64,000 nt of DNA from Deltaproteobacteria bacterium. GTDB lineage: Bacteria; Myxococcota; Kuafuiibacteriia; Kuafuiibacteriales; Kuafuiibacteriaceae. Positions within the stretch are counted from its first letter, which is position 1; each line of letters starts with the position of its first letter. This document shows, piece by piece, positions 46,646-58,600 of the stretch. Location: assembly GCA_040218735.1 (NCBI GenBank), contig JAVJQW010000041.1, positions 1-64,000 on the forward strand, in the 5' to 3' direction. The position numbers were made by a program, and so were the translations under genes. Under the pieces are notes generated by a model. That model made no database searches. It saw nothing but the letters and a program-made list of their open reading frames with translations, and had not been told where the DNA came from.

Positions 46646-49600
46646 GTGGGGGACGGCATCGAACCGAAGCGGACCTTCCGTCCGTACGAGCGCACGCGGG
46701 TCGACGACGGATCGTCGCCCGCGATCGACGACGCCCATACCAAGAAGCGAGACGCCGACGCGCCGGGCAAGGATCTCGTCGGCGACGTCTTCCAGGCCAC
46801 GCACCAGATCGACGACGACGCGGAGCAGGCGAAGTTCCGCGCGAAGGACGCGACGACCGAGCGCGCGCGTGCGGACCACGTCGAAGCGAAGGACCGTCTG
46901 ACGGTCGGGGGCGCGACCTACAAACTCGACGCCGCCGCGAAGCGCTCGATGACGGCGCTCGAACCGAACCGCCAGGTGATCGCCGCCGTCGACGGCGCGA
47001 TCCGCGCGGGCCGACCGCTGCTGTTGTCCGCAGCTCCGGGCTCGGGGGCTGCGTACACCACCGAGTGGGCGCTGCGCGCGATGGATCGTCCGCACGAGAT
47101 CGCACGCCTCTCGAAGAACACCCCGCTCGAGGCGCTCGTCGGAGCGCTGCGCCCCGAGGACGGCAACGCGCTGCGCGTGAAGGACGGTCCGCTGACGCGC
47201 GCGATCCGCGACGGACGCGTCATGGTCATCGATAGCGTCGAACGCGCGGACCCGCAGGTCCGCGCGGCGCTCAAGGCGCTCGCCGCGGGGCTCAAACGAT
47301 TCCACCACCCGGTGAGCGGCGAGTTGATCGACGTGCACCCCGAGTTCCGGCTGGTGATGATCGGTGACCAACGCGAGCGGCGCCTCGGCAGCCAGCTCGG
47401 CGTGCGCACCGTCCGCGAGATCCGCGCCTACGACGAGGCCGAGCACCGGCGCCTGCTCGTCGATCAGGTGGGGCTCCCGGAGGAGCTCGCCGGGCGCCTC
47501 GCGCAGTTCCACGAAGACGTGATGGAGAAGGTCGACGCCTCCGACCTCGACTTCTCGCGCGGCTTCCCGCTCGGGTGGTCGATGCTGGAACGCGTCGGTC
47601 GCCGGCTCGCGTCGGCGCGCGATCCGGACGACGCAGAGATCGGCCGCGCGCTGATGGGCGTCTACGGTGCGCGCCTCACGAAGTCGCACCACCGCGACGC
47701 GTTCCAAGGCCTGCTCGAAGACCTCGACGCGTGGCCGCCCAAGCAGCGCCCCGCGCGAAACAGCGCCGACGAGAGCTTCGTCCGCACGCCGCGGATCGAT
47801 CGGATCCTCGCGCAGGCCGAGGACGCGCTCGTCGCCGGCGAGATGCTCCACCTCCGCGGCGCGGGCCAGAGCGGCATCACGACCCTCGTCGAGGAGATCG
47901 CCCAGCGGCGCGGCCAGGAGCTCGTGACGATCGTGGGCCACTCCGGCCTCGACGCGCAGACCCTCGTCGAGCGGCCGACGTTCGACGAGGCGGGCGACCT
48001 CTACTTCAAACCCGGTCGCATCACCCGCGCGCTCCTCGAAGGCGGCATCCTCTTCGTCGACCACCTCGACCAGCTCCCGCGCGAGCAGCAGAACGCGATC
48101 TTCGCGTTGCGCGACATGAAGACGATCCGCGTGCTGGAGGGGGACACGATCGTCGACAAGAAGGTCGACCCGCGCGCGCGTATCGTGATGTCGACGACCA
48201 CCGGTCACGTCCGCGGCCGCGCGACCCCCGAGGCGAGCGACCGCGCGATGGCGACGGAGATCGCGGTCGACGCGCCCGACCTCGACGAGGTCACCGGCCC
48301 CTTCATCGACCGCCTCGTCCCCGGCCGCGAGCGCCTGAAAGAGCGCCTCAGCGACGTCATCTACGACCTCGACGCGGAGGGGAGCATCCCGCGGCTGAAC
48401 CGCCTGCAGCGGATGACCGACTTCGTGCGCACGGCCGAGCTGCTCTCCGAGTCCGGCTTTACGAACAAGGGCGCGATCGCGCGCGCGCTGCGGATGGTCT
48501 TCGATCCGAAGGAGAGCGACGTCCTCACCGAGCTCGATAGCGCGAAGCCGATGGACGACGACGTCGAGGGTCCGCTGTGGCAGCGCGTGCTCGGGTTGTC
48601 CGACAAAGACGTCGCGTCGAGCCTCGACAAGACCGGCTACCGCATCACGAACAGCATGCACGCGCACCTCGATGCGCTCGCGATCGCCCACCGCCTCGGG
48701 CGACCGGTGCGATCGATCGGCCCGGCGAGCTCGGGCAAGACGGTGCTCGGCTCGGTGTTCGGCGCGCTGATCGACAAGTCGGTGGTGCGCACCAACTTCT
48801 CGCAGTCGACGGAGGGGCAGAGCCTGCTGTCCGCGATGGCGCCGGTGAGCGAGGGCGAGCGCACCATCTTCAAGGAGTCGCTCGGGCCCGCGCGCACCGC
48901 GGCGCAGACGAAGTCGCTGCTGATGGCCGACGAGTGGAACCTCTCGCGGCAGGGCCAGATGGCGCTCAAGTCCGCGCTCGACAAACGCGGGCGCCTCATC
49001 GACCCGGAGGCGGACATCGAGGAGAGCTTCGCGGAGTCGTTCTTCTACGCCGCGCAGAACGAAAACGATCCGGCGCTGGGCCGCTACGAGCCGCCGCCCG
49101 AGGTCGCGGACTGCATGTTCACGATCTTCGTCGACCCGCGCCCGGTCGACGAGAAGATCGAGGTCGTCAAATCGCAGTGTGATCTGAAGGGCGAGCACAT
49201 CGAGCCCATCGCGAACGTGTTCGCGGATCTCGAAGTGCTCGTGGAGCGCGGCAAGCTGTCGTCGCAGGTCGCGCCGATCACCGCGACCGAGCGCGACATC
49301 CTCAAGGCCGCGCGCATGGCGCACTACCTCATCGAGCGCGATCGTGTGCGTGGGCCGGACGAGCAGCGCCAGCTCGTGGGCCGCGAGGTGTTTCGGGTGA
49401 TTCGCGATCAGCTCGCGAGCCCCGAGGAGCGCGAGATGGTGCTCGACCTCGTGCGCAAACGCTTCGGCGACGACATCGAAGCTCCGCCGCGTCCGAACGG
49501 CGTCGAGAAGGTCACGGTCGAGGTCGACGGCGAGTCGGTCGAGATGGTGCAGATCGGCTCGGCGCGGTTCCCGGTGCGCGTGCTCCCCGAGGAGCTGCAG

Positions 49601-52600
49601 AAGGACGTCCCGAAGCTCGACGGCATCCGCGATCCGGTCGGCATCCAGTTCGAGTTCCTGGAGTCGGTGCTGCTCGGCGCCGAGCTGAAGGAGCCCGTGG
49701 CGGTGGTCGGCAACACCGGCACCGGCAAGACGATGCTGATGAAGTGGCTCGCGCACCACCTCAACCAGCCGGTGATCGAGCAGCCCTTCAACGCAGACAT
49801 GACCGAGGAGCACCTGTTCGGTGCGCAGGTCATCGGGCGGGGCGGGAAGATCACGTTCAAGTACGGCGACATCCCGACGGCCATCAAGAACGGCTACTGG
49901 TACATCGGCGACGAGCCGACGACGCTCGGTCACAGCGTCCGCGAAGCGCTCAACCCGGTCACCGAGCGCTCCGAGATCCAGATTGCGCAGAAGCGTCCGC
50001 CCGAGACGATCCCCGCCAAGGACTGGGACCCGCAGTTCAGGTACTTCGAGACCGCGAACGGCGACGACATCCGGCAGGACGGCTACTCCGCGCCCGAGGC
50101 GAGCCGGCGGCGCATGGTGGTGCTGCCGGAGCTCGACACGATCGAGGACTACGAGGCGGTCGCGCGGCGCGACTACCAGTCCGAGGGCTTCGAGCCGATC
50201 GAAGGGCTGAAGCGCACCGACGAAAACCGCGCCGCCGTGCGGGACGCCATTCTCGAGCTCGTCGGACCCTCCGCCTTCAACGAGGCGTTGGTTCGTGCCT
50301 TCGAAGGTGAAGAGGTCGAACCCGTCCAGCACGTGCCTTCGATCGAGCTGACGGACGCGGACGCGAAGACGATCGTCGAAGCGCTCTCGATCTACACCTA
50401 CAAGAAGAAGGACGCGTCGGTTCGCGAGCTGCTCACGGATTTGCTCGCGGCGTCCACGGGCCAGGCGGCGTTTCGGGCCGCGCCCAGCATCGACCCCGAG
50501 GTCCTCTCACCGCGCGCGAAAGAGGCGCTGGGGGGCGCGGCGGTGGTCGAGGGGCGCCTCGTCAACCCGGACGAGGTGATGGCCGCGACGGAGCTGTTCT
50601 TCTCGCTGCGTGAGCTGCAGCGCGACGCGCCGGACGCGAGCCTCACGCCGCTCACGCCGCGCATCTACGGGACGTTCATGGACGCCCTCGTGCAGCTGCG
50701 GACGCGGCGCTCCTTCGGTGCGGCGTTGATGCGCGCGTCCGAGATGTTCCTGGCGCCGAAGCTGCCGGCGAGCGTGCGCAAGGATCTCACCGCGCACGTG
50801 GAAGACCGCGCGCACGTCGGTGATGAGACGCCGGCGTCGGTGCCGGAGCAGCTCGCGACGAAGGTGCGGTTCGGCGAGGTTTACGTCGAGCGCGGGTCGG
50901 AGCGGCCCTGGAAGCCGTCGAACGAGCGCTTCCCGCTCACCGAGCCGCGCTGCCGCAACCTGCAGGCGATCGGCGAGGCGGTCGAGCTCGGGCGCGGGCG
51001 TCCGATCAGCATCACCGACGACGAAAACGGCGAGGCGGTCGAGACGCTCCGCGAGTTCGGGCGCATCACGGGCCGTCGTGTCACGGAGGTGACGCTGCCG
51101 CCGAACGTCGAGCTCGAGCAGCTGCTGGAACGGCTCGTCGTCAGCGCGACTTCGAAGAGCGGCTTCGAGCCGGAGCTTCAGCAGATCGCGCAGGCGATCA
51201 AGGACGGCCACACCCTCGTGCTGCGCGGGTGCGGGCAGGTCAGCACCAACCGGCTGGAGCGTTTGAACTCCCTCGGCGACGGACGCAACGCGGTGCACTG
51301 CCCGGTGTCGGGGGAGTGGCTCGAAGCGCACCCGCAGTTCCGGCTCGTGATGATGCGGACGCCGGACTCCGTCGAGAAGTACTCGGCGGCGCTGGAGAAC
51401 CGGCTCGTGACGCCGCCGCTCACGACGCAGCACGTCCCGACCACCGAGGCCGCGCGTGAGTCCCGCGCTGCGGAGCTCGCGGCGGTGCTGCGCGAGCGCT
51501 GCGAGATGTCGCGCGACACCGCGGACAAACTCGGCGTGTTCCACGTCTACCTGAACCACATGCTGCGCGAGGGGCGCTTCGCCTCGGGCCGCGCGGTGGG
51601 GACGTTCCTCAACCACGACGCCGAGTCGGTCGGTCGGCGCCTCGCCTGGCTGGTCGAGCGCAACGAGGTCGACGACGAAGACGAGGCGCTGGTCGAGCTC
51701 GTGATGTCGATCTACGGCGAGCGCCTCGCGACGCCCACGGATCGCGACAAGCTCCTGGCGCTGGTGCAGAAGGCGTTCTCGACGGAGAGCACGGGCGTCG
51801 ACATCGACGCGACGGTGTCCCCCGGCCCGAACATGAACCGCGTCGGTCCGTGGGCGCTCACGCGTGACCCGCGCGGGCGCGCCGACGATCTCCCGAAGGC
51901 CGAGGCCGTGCTCCCCGAGGGCGAGGTGTTCGACCAGGTGCTGCAGAAGGTCTCGGCCGCGGCGCAGTTCGACGAGGTCATTCACCTGACCGGCAACGAC
52001 TTCATCGCGGACGCCGCCGTCGCGTCGCTCGCGCGGCTGACGACGTCGCCGGTGGTGGAGGTCGAAGGCAACCGCGACATGACCGAAGCCCACCTCTTCG
52101 GCGGGACGGTGCAGGACCAGCAGACGGGCGACTTCGTCGAGACCGAAGGGTTGATCTTCCAAGCGCAGCGCGAGGGCGGGACGGTCGTCGTGAAGAACGC
52201 GTCGACGCTCCCGCCGGAGGTGCTCACGCGACTCACGCAGATCGCCGCGACCGGTCACCTGCAGCGCGTGAAGAACGGCGTGCTCGAGGAGCCGGCACGG
52301 ACGTTCTCGCTGGTGCTTCGGACCAGCGAAGGCGACCCGCCGCTCGCGCGTGAGCTGATGAGCCTCGCGCGCACGGTGCGTTGCCCCGAGATCGAAGACG
52401 GCTCCGAGCTCGTCGCGACTGCGGCGCACCACCTCCGCGCGGTGGCGGGCGGAGCGCAGATCGCCGAGGAGCTGGTGAGCTTCCACCTGATGGCGGCGAA
52501 GGCGCTCGAGAGCGAGTCGCTGGTCGGGCGGCAGCAGATGCGCATCGACAGCGCGCGCCTCGTCGAGGCGACGCGTGATCTCGCCGAGCTCGTCGCAAAC

Positions 52601-55600
52601 GGCGAGCCGCTCGAGCGCGCGGTGACCGACGTCGTCACGCGGCTGTACCTGCACCCGCTGGAGGGGATGGATCTCTCCGAGACGCTCGAGGATGCGTTCT
52701 CGCGGTTGGTCGAGGCGCTCGACGGTTGGCTCGAGATTCAGCGCGTGCCGCCGATCGATCTCGTCGCGAACCCCGAGGTCGATGCGCTGCGCCAGGACTA
52801 CGAGCGGGTGTCGAACGACCTCGCCGGTGAGCTGTTCGCGTCGGCCGGTGACGCGCTCGGCGTCGCGCTCGACAAACGTGACGCCGCCCAGGTGCGCGTC
52901 GTCTTGGCGGCGTTGGAGTCGTCGTCGATGCTGCCGCCCGCGCTCGCGAAGCGCGCCGCGAAGCTCGCGAAGAGTCTGACCGGCGACCGCCTGGAGGAGA
53001 CGGCGGCGCGGTCCATCACGACGTTCTCGAAAAAGCTCACGAAGTCCTACTCGGCGGAGGGGGACTTCAAGGAGGCCGCGCACGGTTTCCTCCGCGGCGC
53101 GCGGGTCTGGGACCTGGAGTACCGGCTGCAGATCGTCGGGCGGTACCACGACCTGTTCGGCACACTCGCGAAGGCCGGGAGCGGGATCGCGCAGACGCGG
53201 CTCGAAGAGCTGGAGCGCCTCGCGGAGCGGTTCGACGGTGCGCAGGCGCAGACTCGGCTGGAGGCGTCGCGGCGCGCGGTGGACGCGGCGACGGTGCGCT
53301 ACGAGCAGCAGGGCGGCGCGAACGACCCGCAGATCGACGCGATCTTCAAGCGGCTGGTGTCGACGTGGGACCTCGTGTCGACCAGCCCGATCTTCCGCGC
53401 GCACGCGCTCCCCGAGCTGAAGGATCTCGAGAAACACCTGGTGTCGTTGGAGGCGGCCTACGACGCACGCGGCACGCCGACGCCGGAGTTCGTGCAGCTC
53501 TCGGAGGCGATGCGCGAGGCATCGCGTGCGCTGGAGGGGATGCGCATCGCGGAGCAGTCCGCGGATCTGCGTCGCGGTCTGGCGCGTTCGAACCAGAGCA
53601 CCGAGCAGATCGTTCGTTCGCTGCGCTCCGAGGTCGAGACGATCCGCACGCTCGACTCCGCGAAGTCGCGCAACGAGGTGCTCACGCAGGTGGAGCGTCG
53701 GATCGCGACGGCGACCGGCGACGGCGGGTTCCTGCGGCTGGATCCCAGCGGTGCGACGGTGACGCGCCCCGAGGGGCGGAGTGACACGGAGATCGGCGTG
53801 GAGGCCGCGCAGCTCGCGGAGGCGGAGGTGCGCTTGCACATCGCCGAACAGACCGAGCGCATCATGGGCGAAGTGCAGAACCTCGCGTCGGCGCCGCCCG
53901 CGTCGCCGGCCAAGGTGTTCGCGAACTACGACCTCGAGATGGCGCCCGACGCGCCGACGGTGAAGGCGACCCCGGCCGAGCAGCACTACGAGACGCAGAT
54001 GGCGGCGCTCACGAAGAGCGCCGCGGCGATGCGGACCACACGAACGAAGGCCCACGCGGAGGCGCTGCGTGCGAAGGACGACGAACGCATCGAGCGCATG
54101 TTCGACGCGCGCCTCAAGCAGAGCGTGCAGGAGGTCGGCGCGCAGATTCAGGGCTCGGCCACCGAGCTGATCCAGACGATCGGCTCGGTGTCCGGTGCGC
54201 TGGAGGTCGACCCGGAGCTCGCGGCCGACGTCCACGCTGCGGTGCAGCTCCTCGAGGTGGCGCGCGACAGCGCGGGGGGCTGGATGCGGCGCTCCGCCGA
54301 GGCGGCGTACGCGGTCGGTCGCGGCATCCTCCGCGTCGGTGTGAAGATCATGACGTTCGGGTTCGGCGACCTCCCGCCCGAACAGGTGGAGCCGGCGCCG
54401 GAGCTCGCCGAGGCGAAGCGCGCGGCGCAGCGGGTGTTGGAGCGTCTGCACGCGATCGCGGTGGCCGAGCGCCAGGAGCTGCCGGACTTCAACGAGCTCG
54501 AGGTCCACGAGGCCAACACCGACGTCCTCACGCAGCAGCTCGTCTCCGCGCAGACGCTCGGTGAGCTCGCGGCGAAGTTCTCGAAGATCGACACGCTCCG
54601 GCAGGGCGAGGACGACGCGGGCGTCGCGCGACACCTCGCGGCGGTCGCCGGTTCGATCACGCGCGAGCGCGGGATGGAGGAGACGCTCCGGCAGGTCTCC
54701 GCGTTCGTGGCGGGCGCCGACGCGCTGTCGGCGGCGGCGGCCGAGGGCGGGGTCCCGGTCGAGATGGCGCGTGCGGTGGACGCGGTGATGTCGGCGGCGG
54801 AGTCGGTGCGCACGCAGTCGCTCGCGGCGGGGGCGTACAAGAACACCGTTCGTGCGCTGGCGCGCGCGGTGGAGCGCATCGACGAGATGGCGGAGGAGGG
54901 CTCGGTGCCCGAGATCCTCGTGAACGTGCGCGAGGAGATCGTCGCGCTCGAGGAGCGCATCCAGGCGATGTTCGTCGGGCGGCAGGATCTGCTGACGATC
55001 GAAGCCGGCAACTACCGCGAGATGCTCCGGAGCCTCGGCGAGGCGACCGGCGAAGAGTCGAGTGCGCACGTCGTCGAGGCGGCGGTGTCGCGCAACCTCG
55101 CGCGGTTCGACGCCAAGGCGAAGGTCGCCGAGGAGGACGTCGACCGGTTGACGGAGTGCATCGGTGGGATCGGCGAACGTCGCGACAGCGAGGCGTCGGC
55201 GAATCGACCCAGCCGGGCTGCGCGGCTCGCGACGATCAACGTGTCGTTCGATCGCGCTTCCGAGATCACGTTCCCCGAGATCCCGGCGGAGGACGACGAG
55301 AGCGCAGAGGAGGCGGCGGCGAAGAGCGAGGCCCACGCGCTGCGCGGTGAGATCTACGACGTCACGAAGCGACTCGAGGACGACGTCGCCGAGCGCAGCG
55401 GGGGCCTCGAAGGCGAGACGGCGGCGGCGCTCGAAGCGCTCGATGCGCTGGAGGCGTCGCGCGGCGTGCGCGCGATGAACGACGCGCTGGGGCGGCTCGA
55501 CGAGGTCCGCGCCGCGATCGACACCATCGCGACCAAGGAGATGGACAGGCGAACCACCGCTCGTGAGGTCGGCCTCGTGCGGAACGCGCTGGGAAGGCTG

Positions 55601-58600
55601 TCCTCGACGCTCCGTGGGCTGGAGTCGGCGCCGGACGAGGCGATTGCGAAGGTCGATGCGGTCATCGAGGGCGTACGTCCGTTGGCCGCGGCGCTCCGCG
55701 AGGATCGCTTCCAACATCTCGCGCGCGACTGGGCCGCGCAGGCGCGCGTCGCGCTGACGGACACCCGCGGCACGATCGTGGAGACGATCGAGGCGCTCCC
55801 CGAAGAGAAGAGGTCCGGCAACGTGGTCGTCGCGCTCGAGTCCGTCGTCGATCGCCTCACGCCGCCGATCGGTCGTCTCGGTGCGTGGTCGCGGTCCCAG
55901 CTGCTGTGGCACGCGAAGCAGCGCATCGAAGCCACGCTCGGACACGACGACGCCGAGGATCCGAAGCTCGCCGCGTTGCTCGAGAAGATCGACGCCGGCG
56001 TCGCGACGCACGCAGCGGTCGCCGACGGGCCGGAGTACGAGGAGGCGGCGGCCGACGTCCTCGGCGCGACGCTCGACATCGGCGCCGCGATGATCGCCGC
56101 GAAGAAGCCGAACCGCGAGCAGCTCGCGACGTACGAGACGTTGGTCGGACAGGTGGATCGAATCCTCGCGGCCGAGGTGCCGGAGAACGATCGCGAGAAC
56201 ATCACCGACGCGATCCAGACGGTGCAGGCGCTCACGAAGGGCAAGGGCCCGGTCGCGGAGGCGGCGCGTGAGCTGAGCGTCGCGCTCGGACACGTCCGCC
56301 AGGCCGAGAACCACCGCACGATCGTCGCGGAGAAGCAGGCCCTGCGGGCGTCGGCGGAGTCCTACCTCGAGACCGTGCGTGACGCGCGGGTGCTCCTCGA
56401 CGAGGCCGCGAAGGCGTTCCTCGACTACGACCCGCTCGAGTCCGAGCAGCCGCTGAAGGTGACCGCGCGTGCGCTGCGCGACGCGGTGACCACCGCCTCC
56501 GAGGCGATGAACGGCCCGGCCGCCGTGGTGATCGCGCGTGCGTTCCTGGACCTGCAAGTTCGCTTGCAAGGCCTCGGCGACGGACCGATCAGCGCGGAGG
56601 CGGGACAGATCGTCGAGGAGCTCGACCCGGTGGTGCGCAACGCGCGTGCGATGGCCGAGGCGAAGGATGCGCCCGAGCTGTTCACGAAGATGGTCGCGCA
56701 CTTCGACGACAAGACCTCGGCGAAGAAGAAGCGCACCGACGAGCTCGCGAAGTGGGCGCAGGGCGCCAGCGAGGCGCTGCGGGCGTTGATGGCGGTCGAG
56801 GACGCCGAGATGCCGGCGCTGCTCGCGTCGACGCTCGACGATTGGTTCGAGGCGCTGAAGCCGAAGACGTCATCGGCCCCGGCGGCGCCGACCGTGCAGG
56901 CGGAAGCCAAGCCGGTGAAGCCGGTGAAGTCCGCGCTCGCCGGGCTGGTCGACACGGACCGGCGGAGCGTCGGGGCGGCGCTGGGCGCGCTCGCGGCCGA
57001 GTCGCGGTCGGCGCCGAACGCGCCGGACGGCGAGCGGACCGAGGGGGTGGCCCAGGAGGTCGAGAATCGCGACGCGCCGCGCGCCGAGAAGGGCTCGGAC
57101 CTCGGTGAGATCCACCGCGACGAGCTCTCGGGCGGCGCCGTCACGGAGCGCTCCGACAAGATCGAGATCGTCTCGATGGACCGCGAGGGCCTCGACTCGA
57201 TCCGCGAGCGCATGCAGAGCGCGGCGATCGACGAGGTCCACGAGAACGACGGCGAGGTGCTGCTGTCCGAGTTCGAGTCCTTCATCGAGGAGAACGCGGA
57301 GCTCGTCGACAAGATGGCGGCGACGCTGCGCGAGTATCCGGGCCTGGAGACGGTGATCGTGGTCGACCAGTCCGGGTCGACGTCGAAGCAGTCCAACGGC
57401 ACCTCCATCATCGACCAGGAGCGCGCCGCCGCAGCGCTGGTGATGGCGGCGCACATGCGCGCGGAGCGGAACTGCGCGGTCGTCGGTTTCGGCAACGGCA
57501 TCAGCTCCGAGAAGCCGGTGTCGGCCGTGGGGGGCGGCCGGTGGGGCGTGGACGTCTTCGTCCACAAACCCATGGCGCTCAAGCTCGACGCGGAGGCGGC
57601 GAACTTCGCGTACGGCGTGACCGGAAACTGCGGCGGCGGCACGGACTTCATCGAGCCGATCAACGTCGGGATGGGGCAGTTCACCTCCAAGGCGAACAAC
57701 AAACTCGTCTTGCTGCTCACCGACGCGCAGCTGCACGAGACCGCCGACGTGCGCCGCAAGATCGACACTGTGCGCGACGGCGGCGTCGGCGTGGCGGTGC
57801 TGGGCTTCGGCGCGGCGCGCCACGTGAGTCAGCTCGCCGGGGAGTTCGGTGAGCACGTCTCCAGCTACGAGCAGGCGATCGAGCGCGCGCATGAGCTCTT
57901 CCTCCGCGCGGTCGTCGACAACGCGGGGCGCTTCAAGGGGGATGTCGACGGTGCGGCCGACGGCATCGGCACGCCGCAGGGGCAGCACCCGATGGAGGCG
58001 GCGTCTTCGGACGGGCCGATGGACACCGCGCTCGACCTCGCGCACCCGGTCGACATCGCCGGAGACCCGGGCGAGGTCTACGCTGCGCGCGGCCCTCGGC
58101 GCGAGCTGATCAACACCGTGGATCGCGGCGTCTACGAGCGCGCGCTCAAGGCGTTGGACCTGAAGCACCGCTCCGTGACGAAGACGCCGAGCTTCAAGCG
58201 CTGTCGGCAGGAGGTCGCGGCGCTGCGTCGGCGTCACGAGCGCGAAGGAACGATCGAAGCGCTCGCCGGCGCGATTCAGCCGGGGCTCCCGAAGACCCGC
58301 GGCGTGGAGTGGGAGCGCAAGCAGCTCTCCGGGCCGAGCTTCGACGAGCGGCAGCTCGTGATCTGGGCGGCCGGTCGCGCGCAGGGTGTGCCGGTGCAGC
58401 GGATCTTCAAACGTCGCAAGGGCGCCGACGAGGCGAAGGCGACCGTAGTGCTCGCGATGGACGAGTCGTCCTCGATGGGCGACAGCGAGAAGATGCGCGC
58501 GAACCTCGAAGCGATGATCGCGTACGGCGATGCGCTGAAGGCGATCGACCCCGAGATCAAGATCGCGGTGGTCGGGTACGGCGATCGTGTCCGGTTGCAC

